Below are positions 37,723 to 49,056 of a stretch of DNA of 64,000 nt, piece by piece. The stretch's first letter is position 1. Each line of letters opens with the position of its first letter. The notes beneath the pieces are model-generated. The model saw only the letters and a list, made by a program, of their open reading frames with translations, made no database searches and had not been told where the DNA came from. The position numbers were made by a program, and so were the translations under genes. Source of the DNA: Hamiltosporidium tvaerminnensis FI-OER-3-3 (lineage: Eukaryota; Fungi; Microsporidia); contig CM061249.1 in assembly GCA_022605425.2 (NCBI GenBank), positions 620,001 to 684,000 of the forward strand. Reading direction: 5' to 3'.

Positions 37723-38184
37723 TTAAATCAATTTTTTTTTGAAAACAAAATCTTTAACAAAATCATTTAGTGAGGTTTTTACTTTAGAAAATTGTTCTTT
37801 ACTAGACATTGTATCATACTCGGAATATTCAAGTACGGATATAAGATTACATATTCCATAATAATCTTTAAAACATTCAAATAATTTTATAACAAAATCT
37901 AGTTCGCTAAAACTATAAAAAATACTTATTTCTGGTGTATTATCATAAGCCTCTAAATACTTAATAATTTTATCAGAAATGTCCTCATTAAATTCAAATG
38001 CATTCACTTTTATAATATTTTTATCGTAGTTAAACAATGCTATGTTGTTATTTATTTGTAGTATTTTAGATTTTACATCAAATGATATTTCTAAATTGGT
38101 TTGTTCTATTTTTACATTATATGGTATTTCTTTGTTATTTATTTGACCAATAAATATTACAAAAGAATTGTTTTCTATTGACAT
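37723..38184 (-). CDS. Hypothetical protein (153 aa)
   Basis: ATG preceded by aacCCACC. Globular-protein-like composition. No recognised domain. Confidence 0.7.
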   Translation of the reverse strand: MSIENNSFVIFIGQINNKEIPYNVKIEQTNLEISFDVKSKILQINNNIALFNYDKNIIKVNAFEFNEDISDKIIKYLEAYDNTPEISIFYSFSELDFVIKLFECFKDYYGICNLISVLEYSEYDTMSSKEQFSKVKTSLNDFVKDFVFKKKLI

Positions 38185-38405
38185 GGTGGGTTGTTAATTA
38201 TAACGGTATAAATTATATTTTTAATTGGCAAATCAAATTTTATAAATTATAAAAAGTTGGGAATTGTAAAAAAAAAGTATTTTTTACAAATTTTGATTAC
38301 AAAAATACTTCTTAGAATTTTTTTACGTATTTTGTAAAAAAAACTTATTAAATACTTTTACAGTTACCAATATAGAAGAAGGGTGTTGAAGGTTTGGCAA
38401 AAAAA

Positions 38406-38479
38406 AGGCTTCCACGGGATTCGAACACGTGACCTTTCCCTTACTAGGGGAACGCTCTAACCAACTGAGCTAGAAAGCC
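38406..38479 (-). tRNA. tRNA-Thr (anticodon AGT)
   Basis: GGCTTTC TA GCTC AGTTGGTTA GAGC G TTCCC CT-AGT-AA GGGAA AGGTC ACGTG TTCGAAT CCCGT GGAAGCC T folds as a cloverleaf with one T-stem mismatch. Followed by a T7 Pol III terminator. Confidence 0.93.
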
Positions 38480-38783
38480 ATTAACTATGAATAATTTACT
38501 ATATAATTTCTATCTACAAAGACTATTTATAATAAACATAAACCTCAGTAAGCATGAAAGTGTTACGACCGAATACTTAAATTAAGAACCATAGAATCTA
38601 GATAAAAGATCAAAATAAAAGAAATAGGTCAAAAATTTAGGAAAAATAGAAATTATAAAGGAAATTTCTGCCAAGGGTAAATTATAATGAAATATAAAGA
38701 AAATGATCTAGTTTTAAATTTCTATTTTAATTATAACTGAATAGATATACAGGACCTTTATTTAAACTTAATTCTTATTGATT

Positions 38784-39313
38784 CAAGATTCACTTCAAAT
38801 AGGTGAAACTGAAAAACTTAGGAAGTATGACCTGGTAGCCAATGAGCTGGGTTTTATTTATAAGTGTAGTTTTGAGATAATCTCTTATGTGATGACCTGG
38901 ACGGCATCGTGACCAAATACCATAAATCACACCTTAAAAGACTAGAAATACCCATGAATGTAGAGGCATACATTTAGTCTATAGTACTTAATAAAACAGT
39001 CGAAACAATTTCCTTTGATCGACGAAGAGGACTTGAGTCAGCACCAAATGTCGAAAAGAGCGTCAATGTGTGTTGTTATGAGAGCAGAGATGCATGAGAA
39101 ACCAACATCCCTTTTGAAACAAGCGAGTAGAGAGGAAAATGGTGCAAAAAATTTAAAAACAAAAAATCATACATCCCTTATTTCAAAAGGAGGAACCGAC
39201 GATAAATATAGATAAAGAGTCAGAGTTGGAAGAAGAAACAACTTTGGTGAAAAGGGTAGAAGAAAATGCATAAAAATCTTCAAGCCACTTTTACCCAGAA
39301 TTTTATTAAATAA
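38784..39313 (+). mobile_element. RLE non-LTR retrotransposon, 5'-truncated copy
   Basis: Matches ~62043..62600. 14-bp TSD aattcttattgatt at 38770..38783 and 39314..39327. Confidence 0.93.
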
Positions 39314-39733
39314 AATTCTTATTGATTTAATATAATTATAACAGATTTTAGATTTACATGAATCTAATGAAAAAGTATTTACTTCCCAACACTTTTCTTA
39401 TTGTTAATTGATAAATAAACCACTTATTACGATATATTCTAAGTTTATGATCATATTGTTTATGTCTTATCTAATATTGTCTATAATTGATAAAAAAACG
39501 GCTTACTAATATGCTTTGAATTTACATATCACTTTAAGTAATATTTAGACTTTCTTTGAAAATCAATGTTTAATATGTCTAATTGTTTTTATATAACTAT
39601 CAATTATTATTATTTTATAGTAGCTTTGTTCAAAGATAAACTCTTTATAATCTTTTGAAGTAATAAACATGTATAATAAAATCAATTTATGCTTTAAAGT
39701 ACAAATAATTAATTCTTTTGCGAAATTCGGTTA

Positions 39734-40448
39734 GTGGAGGGTGGATTACCACAAAAAAACTTTCTACTTGGCAAGAAATATTTGAAACTGGTGTGAAGAT
39801 CATAGTTTGGATTTTTTGTAGAAATAAAACCACACTAAAGTTTCGGCATGAATTAGATTTGTATGAGGAGATCTACTAAATAGCGATACATTTTCTAAAA
39901 ATTTAATTTTTAGTTTTTTATGTAACTAGATTGAAGAAGGTAGCTAAGATTGTAGGTAATCGTTATGTAAAGCGTGGAAAAATGGTTTTGGTCACAGAGG
40001 TTTGAAGATTTCGCACCTGTATATATAAAAAATGAAATAATTTAAAGCATAGAAAGCTAAGTAGCAGGTTATACATTTTTGTATGACAATGCAGTGTCTA
40101 GGTAGACTCCATATAAGTCTCTGAATATATCTTGGCCAGGTGTTTATTGAGCTCATAAAGTGTAGTGTAGGTGAAAATACTGTGTAGTATTGGGGGCCCT
40201 AGGTGGTTTTGATCTAAGATCAAACTCCATGCAACCAACATAACCGAATTCCGGGCAACTGCATCGCTCATTAATTAGTTTATAAACATCTTTTAGGTGA
40301 AAGGAGTAGAAATGTAGGTATCTTATGAGGTACTGATAGAGCTTCGAGTGTACAGTAATTTACTTTAACCTTAGAACTGCATCAATATCATGAAAACGAA
40401 ATAACACTTGCCACCTTTTTAAAAAGATGTGATACTTTTTAATAAAGC
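39734..40448 (+). mobile_element. ~730-bp SINE-like element, full-length copy (subfamily B)
   Basis: Starts gtggagggtggattaccac, ends gatgtgatactttttaataaagc. Shares diagnostic variants with 46883..47590. Confidence 0.9.
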
Positions 40449-40959
40449 ACTTTTAAATTTTGAGAAATATGCTAGAATAATATAAGCTTTAGAAGGCACT
40501 AGAATTGTCTTGTTATTTCAATCAAACAATTAAGTTTAATTCAATACTATTGATATTTATATAGAAATAGCTTTTCTATATTTATCACTTTTTTCGTCGA
40601 GTAAATATTCCTAAAACTACCTTAAAAATATAAATATGTCGAATATATTACTTGTGTAGATATTAAATGTTTAGATAAAATATTTTAAAATAGTTAAATA
40701 CCACTATTAAAGTGATATTCGCTCAAAGGAACGGTACATTAAACAATAACATATTTTATATAAATTAATAAGAATTTAGATAAAAATTAAACGGTATTAG
40801 TTTAAAATATTACTGATTTTCAAATGAAACTATATTTAGAAAAAAAAGTACTGAGATTCGTTTTAATAGAAGAATAAAATAGCCCACTTAAATGCATAAT
40901 TAAATATAGAATTTTAAATCTGTAAACATATAAATAAATATTGAATTCCTTGTTAAATT

Positions 40960-41880
40960 TATTCAAGCGTTAAGTTTAATGTTTTTTTTGCATACAATAC
41001 TTCTTAACCACCTTACTGCCCTTACTATAACTTGCACAGTTTTTAAATTTTCATCAAATATTTTCGGCAGTTGTAATGCCCAAAATTATGTTTTTGGCAT
41101 TTCGCCTCATCTACTCAACATTATATTACTCATCTTTATTTTTTTGTAAAAATAAAGCGCTGCATGTTTCTCGGCTTTCTGTAAGGTATATATTAATGAT
41201 TTATTTCTTCTTTCGTTAGACTTTAGCCCTGGCTCTAGGGCTCTTCATCGACCAAGGAAATTTTTTCGATTCCTTTTGGATATTTTCGACTGTACATACC
41301 CATCAATTAGTATAAAAATATTAGGATTCATAGGGCTTATATTATGGTAATTTGTAAAAATATTACCAAGGTGTATCACAAATAAATATTCCCACACCAC
41401 TTTATATATTATATCAAATGAATATTTTGGTGATTATTCAAACTTTCGTAGTTTCACAGTTTTAACATTTTGAAGCGAGTCTAATCGAATAAGTCTTTCA
41501 TTTATAAGTGTAATAATATTCTATTTTTTATTATATAAAAAAATATTCGATCTATTATTGCAAATTTTGGCAAATTTTTAATTCTGATATCCAATCATAT
41601 TTTAGGTAGTCATAATTAAGAATCTCTGAACTGAGTGATTTCTAATCTATTTCTTATGCTTGGTTTGAATTCATTTAGGAATTGTATATATTGAAATGGA
41701 ACTATATAATTATGGCGTTAAATATAGAATGCCGAGCAGGTTCTCACATCTAGTTGCTAATTATTTTGTTCATATTCTAAATTGACCTTGTATTGACAGT
41801 TTTATTATTTCAATAATACATTTAGATCTTGGATATAACAGAAAATACTCTTCTCGCGTGGCTTGGTGGTATTTTTATTG
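40960..41880 (-). mobile_element. Divergent RLE non-LTR subfamily, degenerate 3' fragment
   Basis: Minus-strand peptides KPREKSIFCYIQDLNV, LATRCENLLG, RNHSVQ and DSLQNVKTVKLRKF align with the main family, but the codons and 3' region differ. 3' boundary approximate. Confidence 0.75.
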
Positions 41881-41949
41881 CGCTATTATGAAGAACATTA
41901 ATATACAGTGGCTAAATATTTAAGAAAGATAATACAATAAGAGAATTGT

Positions 41950-42659
41950 AATCCAATAAACATCACATCTTTATATACAGTACATATGCTATATTGTTTT
42001 CATGACATTAACACCGTTCTAGGTTTTACATATGACTGCCGCCCGCACTCCACAGTATCCCTTAGATACCTATATCTCAAAGCCTTTTATCTAAAAAGTG
42101 AATAGCCCGAATTAATGAGCGAGACAGTTATCCGAGATTCGTTAATGTTCGTGCATGAAGTGTGATCATGGGTAAAACTCATCCTGGGCTCCTTAGATAA
42201 GCAGCATTCTCACTTACTCTATAGATTACGAGCCCAATAGACATCCTGCTAAGATATATATCGGCGACTCACATGGGATATATAGACAGTGCAATGTCAT
42301 ACCAACAGATATAACTATCCTCTTAGCTTTATGAGCTTTAACGGGGTTTATTTTTATATCTCGTAGGCGCTAAGATCTCCATCCCGAGAAAGCAAGGATA
42401 GGTATTCATGTTTTTACATGGCAATTATTTACAATTTCAGCTGCAATTTTCGATCTGGTTACATAAAAAACAAAAAATAAATTTGTAGAAAAGGTTTCGC
42501 AATTTCTTAGACCTTTTCTTCATCATATAAATCCGATGGAAAAACCAAAAATATAGTGTGGTTTTATTCGGTCCGTAAATACAAAAAAAGGATCTTTGCA
42601 CCCATTTCACATACTCATTGCTAAGCAGATAGTTTTTTGTGTGGTTATCCTCGCTCCAC
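41950..42659 (-). mobile_element. ~730-bp SINE-like element, full-length copy
   Basis: Colinear with 1501..2232. 5' end gtggagcgaggataaccac lies 76 bp downstream of the haspin stop codon. Confidence 0.9.
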
Positions 42660-42734
42660 TATTCAAAGATAATAACTGTTAGAATAAAATATCAAACTAA
42701 ATATAATTTATTTTAAATTTTTATTAGACTATTT

Positions 42735-44737
42735 TTAAGGAATACATGTTTTTATTTTACTAATGGCTTTCCATACATCTTTTGCCGAATGACTAAATTT
42801 TAATATTTTCTTTGCTTTTTGAAAAAATGATACAAGTCTAAAATTTTTACCTTTTTCTTGAAGTTTGAATAAAAGATATTCCAACCATAAAACATTATTT
42901 TCAGGCGAAAATTTTTTCCAGTCATTTTGGTTATTGCTTTTCATCTTTGGATAAATTTTCAAATGTTCTTCCCCTATAATCGTCTCATCTTCAAATAACC
43001 AATCAAATTCGTTTAAATCTTTGTAAATTATTGTGCCTTTATGGTTCAATCTACTCAGTGAAAAGTCTATAATTTTGACGTTTAAGAATTTACTAATAAA
43101 TTTCTCATTTTTAGAAATTTTTACACCTTCTTTAATTTGTGTAATATTCTTGCTTTCTAATGAGATTATATCATTGCTTTTAAACTCTTTAATTTCCTCA
43201 GAATTTATGTATTCTTTATTTTCACTAAAATTGAGTTTATCAGGTGCATTATTTACGAATTGATTGTTTGAGGCTATATTTTCTTTGAGTTCATTAATAT
43301 TCTGATTACTGTCATCGATCATTACGCTTTTATTATGCGATATTTTATATTTGTTCTTTAAAGTATGAGCATAATTATTTAGATGTTTTTTTTATTTTCT
43401 CTTTTCTTCTTTGGTAGTCTATTTATCAGAATATTTCCCCAATGTAAATCTCGGTGTTCAAATTCATATTTACTTTCCATGTCTGCAAGGAAATAGCACG
43501 TTTGAAAGAAAACTTCCTTAACTTCTGCTTTGTTTTTAAAAATGAATTTTTCTAAATCATTACCGCCATTTTCCATAATCAAACAACCAAATAGTTGATC
43601 TTTAGTAAAATTTAACGGAAAAATATTTTCGCTTGTATTGAATTGCTTGAAATCGTTCCATGCTTCAATATATTCCTTGGTATAGCCGTCCTTTAAAACA
43701 CAACTATCAAAAAATTGGCATACATTTTTTTCTTTGCTTAAAATTTTTAAAATAAATGATTCTCTATAAAAGTCTTTGAATAACATTAAGGACTCATCTT
43801 CATCCATATTTTTTCGGGTGTCTGTTTCACAATATATATTCACAAATACATCTGAATTATGGTTTTCAGAAGTTTTATGATCAGTATTTCCTATATTATC
43901 AGAATTTATAACATTTACTGACAAATCAACCAGTTTACATTTTTCTTTTTTCAATGGTATTATTTTAAAAATCTTTTGTTTTACACAAAATACATCACTA
44001 AATGTAGCTTCGCCTATTTTTTTGACGTGATTTTTTGGCAAACTATCGAATGATCTCAAATTTATTTGGAATTGACTAGCAATATCTTCAGTATCTGTAA
44101 AAATTTTTAATAAATCATTTTTTAAGTTGTCATTTAATCCATAAAATTCACTTTTTTCCTGATAGGATTTGATCCGATCTTTTTCGGATGGTAAATCTAA
44201 ATTATTTATATTCGGGTGGCTACTAGGAATAATATTGCATAAATTATTATCTATATCATCTCTAATAAAATTTAAGTGGTTTATTTTATTTAAAAATGTC
44301 CGGTTTTTATATCTTGGCTGTTCTTTTATTACTATTTTAGATAATTTTTGATATCCATGCGTAAGTTTTACGGATTCGGTTCTTAAATCATCTGGATTTA
44401 TATTACTTCTCTTATTTCTATTTATATTCTGTTTGTTACTTTGTTCCTGAAAATCAAATTTCAATTTAAACATATTTTCGAGTTTACTTAAAATTTTGGT
44501 TTCTTTATTCATCTTTTTTCGAGTGATACAATATAAGGGTTGATTGTTTTGTTTATTGCAAATTTCTTTATCTCTGAAAAGAACTTTTTTCAAGAATACA
44601 AAGCGATCGGATTCGCATTCAAGATTATTATTAATTTTAGAATTAGGTTTAAGTAAAATTTGTTTCATTCTTTGTCTTAATACCATTACTTGTTTCCCTC
44701 TATTGTTTATTTCAAAATTTCTGCACATTTTATGCAT
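42735..44737 (-). CDS. Haspin-family protein kinase, split by a 1-nt frameshift at an A8 run
   Basis: ORF 43379..44737 has KIGEATFSDVF and FEHRDLHWGNILI. ORF 42735..43322 has KIIDFSLSRL and W..F.P.NNVLWL.YL. One extra A at 43386..43393 fuses them in frame. Confidence 0.88.
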
Positions 44738-45909
44738 TTTTTTCTTAAAAAAATATTTATTGTTTAGAATTTATAAATTTTCAATGAAAAATGGTTTTAA
44801 TTTGTAAATCTCAACATAATTATGGTTTTTATTTCCTTTTAATTTTTATTTAATAGTTTGGAGATTTTAAGATTGCTAGAGGCTTGTTAGCTTTATTTTT
44901 TTTTTAGAATTAAAAATGTAATATATATGCTTGGCAATGATTTAAAAAGCTGTTATCTGATTTCTAGCTTCAATTTTTTTTGAATTTGAAATTTTAATAT
45001 TATTAAATTAGTAGATTAAATCTTAAAATAGTGGTTTTACTGTATAGAATTTTCAGAAATTAATCATTTTGTGCTTTTTATTTATTTGTCAAATATAAGA
45101 GCCAATATCTAAATCAATAACATTTTTCTTTAAAATTTAAAACTTTCAACATAATACACAAATACTCAATTGCTTTGAACCATATTTAAATATTAAAAAA
45201 GAAATTTATTGAATCTTGCCATAACATGCCCTAACTAAATTCTTATATTTTTAAACATGTGACCGAAGTATATTTGCGATATTTAAATAAGTTGATACGG
45301 ATTGGGCATGCCTACTATTCGTCACAGAGGCTTTATCTTTTAAATGATTTATAAATTTATTTTAAAATTCTTTTAATCTTTTCTTATAAACTTTAAATTC
45401 TTATATATTTGTTTTATATATCTATACAAGTCTAAAGCTCATAGAAACGAACTAAATTTTATATTTTACAAAAAAATCAAAAAATGGAATACAATCTTAA
45501 CCTTACCACCAGAGGCTTTATTTCGTAAATTCATGATTAAGTTTTCACCTTCGCTTGGTCTGTTTACTCATTATTCAGCATCTCATAGTGGCATTTTTAT
45601 ATCCTACCTTGGATGATTTTATAATTTAACTTCTGATCCTTTTTATAACCAAATTATTTCTCTTCTGATTTATTTGCTTTGAAATTTTTTATAGTCTTTA
45701 AATTATTTTTTCCTTTTTTCTTATTCATGTTTATCATCTATTTTTATTACATTCCGCTATTTGTTTCACCTTATTTATGAATATAGTTTTTTTTCTTTCC
45801 GAAATAAATTTTTCTAGTGTCAAGATGAGTATTTAATCTAATGATTGTATAACATTTTGTTCTTTTTATTATAAATCTTTAATTTAATCAGATATAAGTT
45901 CCAAAACTA

Positions 45910-46144
45910 CCCATCATGCCGTCATAGAATTGGCTTGGGGTATTCGCTGCTTTTTTAAGAGACGACTAAAAGAGACTGGTCCTCCGGGTTTGGGTTATGC
46001 GTAAGGCTAACAACCCATCCTATAAAATCAAGTTGTTACGAAACCCAAAAAATAACCGAACCTACTGAAAGAGACTGGTGGGCGGTTTTACTGAGGGAGG
46101 CCAAGGCTTGTACAGCGCTGTAGTGCCAAGGATAGGTGAAGGAA
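45910..46144 (+). mobile_element. ~235-bp bipartite RTE-like SINE, copy 2
   Basis: Colinear with the reverse complement of 34822..35056: taagagacgactaaaag, ggtcctccgggtttgggttatgcgtaaggctaacaaccc, ggaggccaaggcttgtacagcgctgtagtgcc. Confidence 0.85.
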
Positions 46145-46245
46145 TAAGTCCTTAAAATATTTTTCCAAAACAACTTTTCATCTTGAATCATTGGGGATAT
46201 GAATAAAATATACAAAGAAAAGGGTTTAGTAATGAAATTAATTAT

Positions 46246-46743
46246 TTAATAAAATTCTGGGTTAAAACATTTTTACCATTTTTATATATTTTCTTCTTCC
46301 TCTTTAACCACTATTGTCTCTTCTTCCAAATCCGACTCTTCATTTATGTTATTGGTCGGTTCCTCTAAAGTGGTTCCTCCTTGTGAAATAAGGGGTGCTT
46401 TATTTTTTTGTTTAAAATTTTTTTCACCATCTTCCTCTCTCTTCTCTTCTTTTAAAGGGGGTGTTGGTTCCTCATGCACCTCTGATCTCATAATAACACC
46501 CATTGACGCTCTCTCCCAGCTCTCTTCGGCATTTAGTCCTGACTCAAGTCCTCTTCGTCGATCAAAGGAAATTGTTTCGACTGTCTTCTTAAGTACTATA
46601 GACTGAATGTATGCCTCTACATTCATGGGTATTTCTAGTCTTTTAAGATGAGATTTATGGTATTTTGTCACAATACCGTCCCAGGTCATCACATAAGGGA
46701 TTATCTCAACACTACACTTATAAATAAGGCCCAACTCATTGGC
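46246..46743 (-). mobile_element. RLE non-LTR retrotransposon, short 5'-truncated young copy
   Basis: Near-identical to 7965..8469. 14-bp TSD atgaaattaattat at 46232..46245 and 46744..46757. Confidence 0.95.
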
Positions 46744-46882
46744 ATGAAATTAATTATACTATTGTTTGTATATATTAAAAAAAGATTAAGAAGAAATTCT
46801 AACAAATGTATTAATTGCATCATACCTACAAACTATAAATTTAAAGAAGAAAGTTGTACATTTTTTAGTTATTTTATTATAT

Positions 46883-47590
46883 GTAGACGAGAATAACGAC
46901 AAAAAACTTTCTACCTGGCAATGAGTATGTTAAACTGGTGTGAAGATCATTGTTTAGTTTTTTTGTGGAAATAAAATCCCACTAAAGTTTCGGCATGAAT
47001 TTAATTTGTATGAAGAGGTCTACTAAATAGCGATACTTTTTCTACAAATTTATTTTGTTGTTTTTTATGTAACTAGATCGAAGAATGCAGCTGAACTCGT
47101 TGGTAATCGCCATGATAAAGCATGGAAGCCTAGTCTTGGTCACTCGGGTTAGAAGATTTGACAGCTGGGAGATTTAAAATAAAACCATTTAAAGCCTTGA
47201 AAGCTAAGTAGCAGGTAATCCTTTTGGTTGACATTGCACTATCTAGGTAGACCCATGTAAGTCTCTGAAATATATCTTAGCTAGGTGTTTATTGAGTTCA
47301 GGAAGTGCAGAGTAAGATGGAATTTGGCATAGTATTGGGGTACCTGGCTTGGGTTTTGATCTAAGATCAAACACCATGCAACCAACATAACCGAATTCCG
47401 GGCAACTGCATCGCTCATTAATTAGTTTATAAACATCTTTTTGGTGAAAGGAGTAGAAATGTAGGTATCGTATGAGGTACTGATAGAGCTTCGAGATGAC
47501 AGTAATTTACTTTAATCCTAGAACTGCATGAATATCATGAAAACGAATATAACACTTGCCACCTTTTTAAAAAGATGTGATACTTTTAAA
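46883..47590 (+). mobile_element. ~730-bp SINE-like element, full-length copy (subfamily B)
   Basis: Colinear with the family. The 3' third is almost identical to ~40200..40440. Confidence 0.9.
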
Positions 47591-49056
47591 TATAAAATTG
47601 AAAGACTTACAAGACAAACAAAGTCTATCATGTAATATATTTGTTCTTATTTAATTTTGCTTAGTTGTCTATGATGAGTTTCGGTTCAGCATTAATAAGA
47701 AGCAAAATATTATATAAATATTTAAATTCTAACCAACGATCTGGAATATTCAAATACAAAAAAAACTTCAACATTTCTACTATATTATTTAGTTTGTATT
47801 CTAAGCGAGAATTCATATTCCGACATTTTTACCAAAAAGCCTTAATTTAAGAAAATTCTTAATGATGACAGTACAGTGAAAAAAACGAAAAATTTTTTCA
47901 ATTATATTTCCTATTCGAATCTTAATAAAATTTCATTCATCAATTCAAAATTCAAAACCTTAACACCAACGCTGAAATATTTTTTCGATTTTTTATTCTT
48001 TTCTTTATGGTTCAATCAAGTTTCGAGTATGATTTTATGCGTTTCTGATGATTTTTATGATCGGTTAGGATATCTGTTGAATATCAATCTTATTTTTTTT
48101 TGGATAAAACTATATTTATGTGTATCAGTAAACAGACGAACTCCTGAAAATTTAAATGTTGAAATTTTTGTTTTTATTCCACAATCTATCTGAAACAACA
48201 TTTCTTAATTTTTTTATGAGCAAGATCTTTTTAGACATTCTTTGAACTAATCATAAAAACTTTAACATTTTTTTATTGAACTTTGGTTTATGATTAGAAT
48301 TTTTCAATTAATAAAATCATCTGGTTATAGGCAGTAATAGGCTCAATATTTTAGCTGATTTTTTTTCAACTGAAATTTTAGTCTCGCAACCACGATATCT
48401 TCATATTTTGTATATTTCATTAAAAAATAATGTTTGTTACTTTGATTTATTTATCTTATAATTGATAATTCATTATTTCGTTCTATATATAGGACATGGT
48501 CATTCTGAAATAGCATGTAACACATGTACTTAAAAAATGAAAGAATGAATCAACTATGCATTTATAGGTTTTCTATTATATGGTAAAAATATATTCACAT
48601 TCCCTGTTTATGTGCCCAATACTGATATTTAATTAAAATTGTACTTTCGTAAAAATCTATATTAAATGCTGAGATTGAGTCATTTTGAATCAACTTTAAA
48701 CCAAAACTTGATTGTATAAATATAAAGAAAATTAAAACTTTCTAAATAAACTTGATTTCTGATTACAAAAATCATAAATTATTATAAATATAATTTTGAA
48801 TAAGGCTATTCTAGATTAAATTAAGCATTTGACAAAATTTTTAATCAAAAATTGTTGACCACAAGCATTCTTAATGAAGAGATACCAAAAATATTTTATT
48901 TTGGAATTTAATTTGTTCATATACCTACATATTTATGTATAAAAAAGTTTTTCGATTCATAAATTTATGCAAAATTAATAATTTAATTTTTTTTAATCAA
49001 AAATTAATTAAAAATGATTTTTAAATATTTAAAAAAAATTACTTTGCATAAACTTT

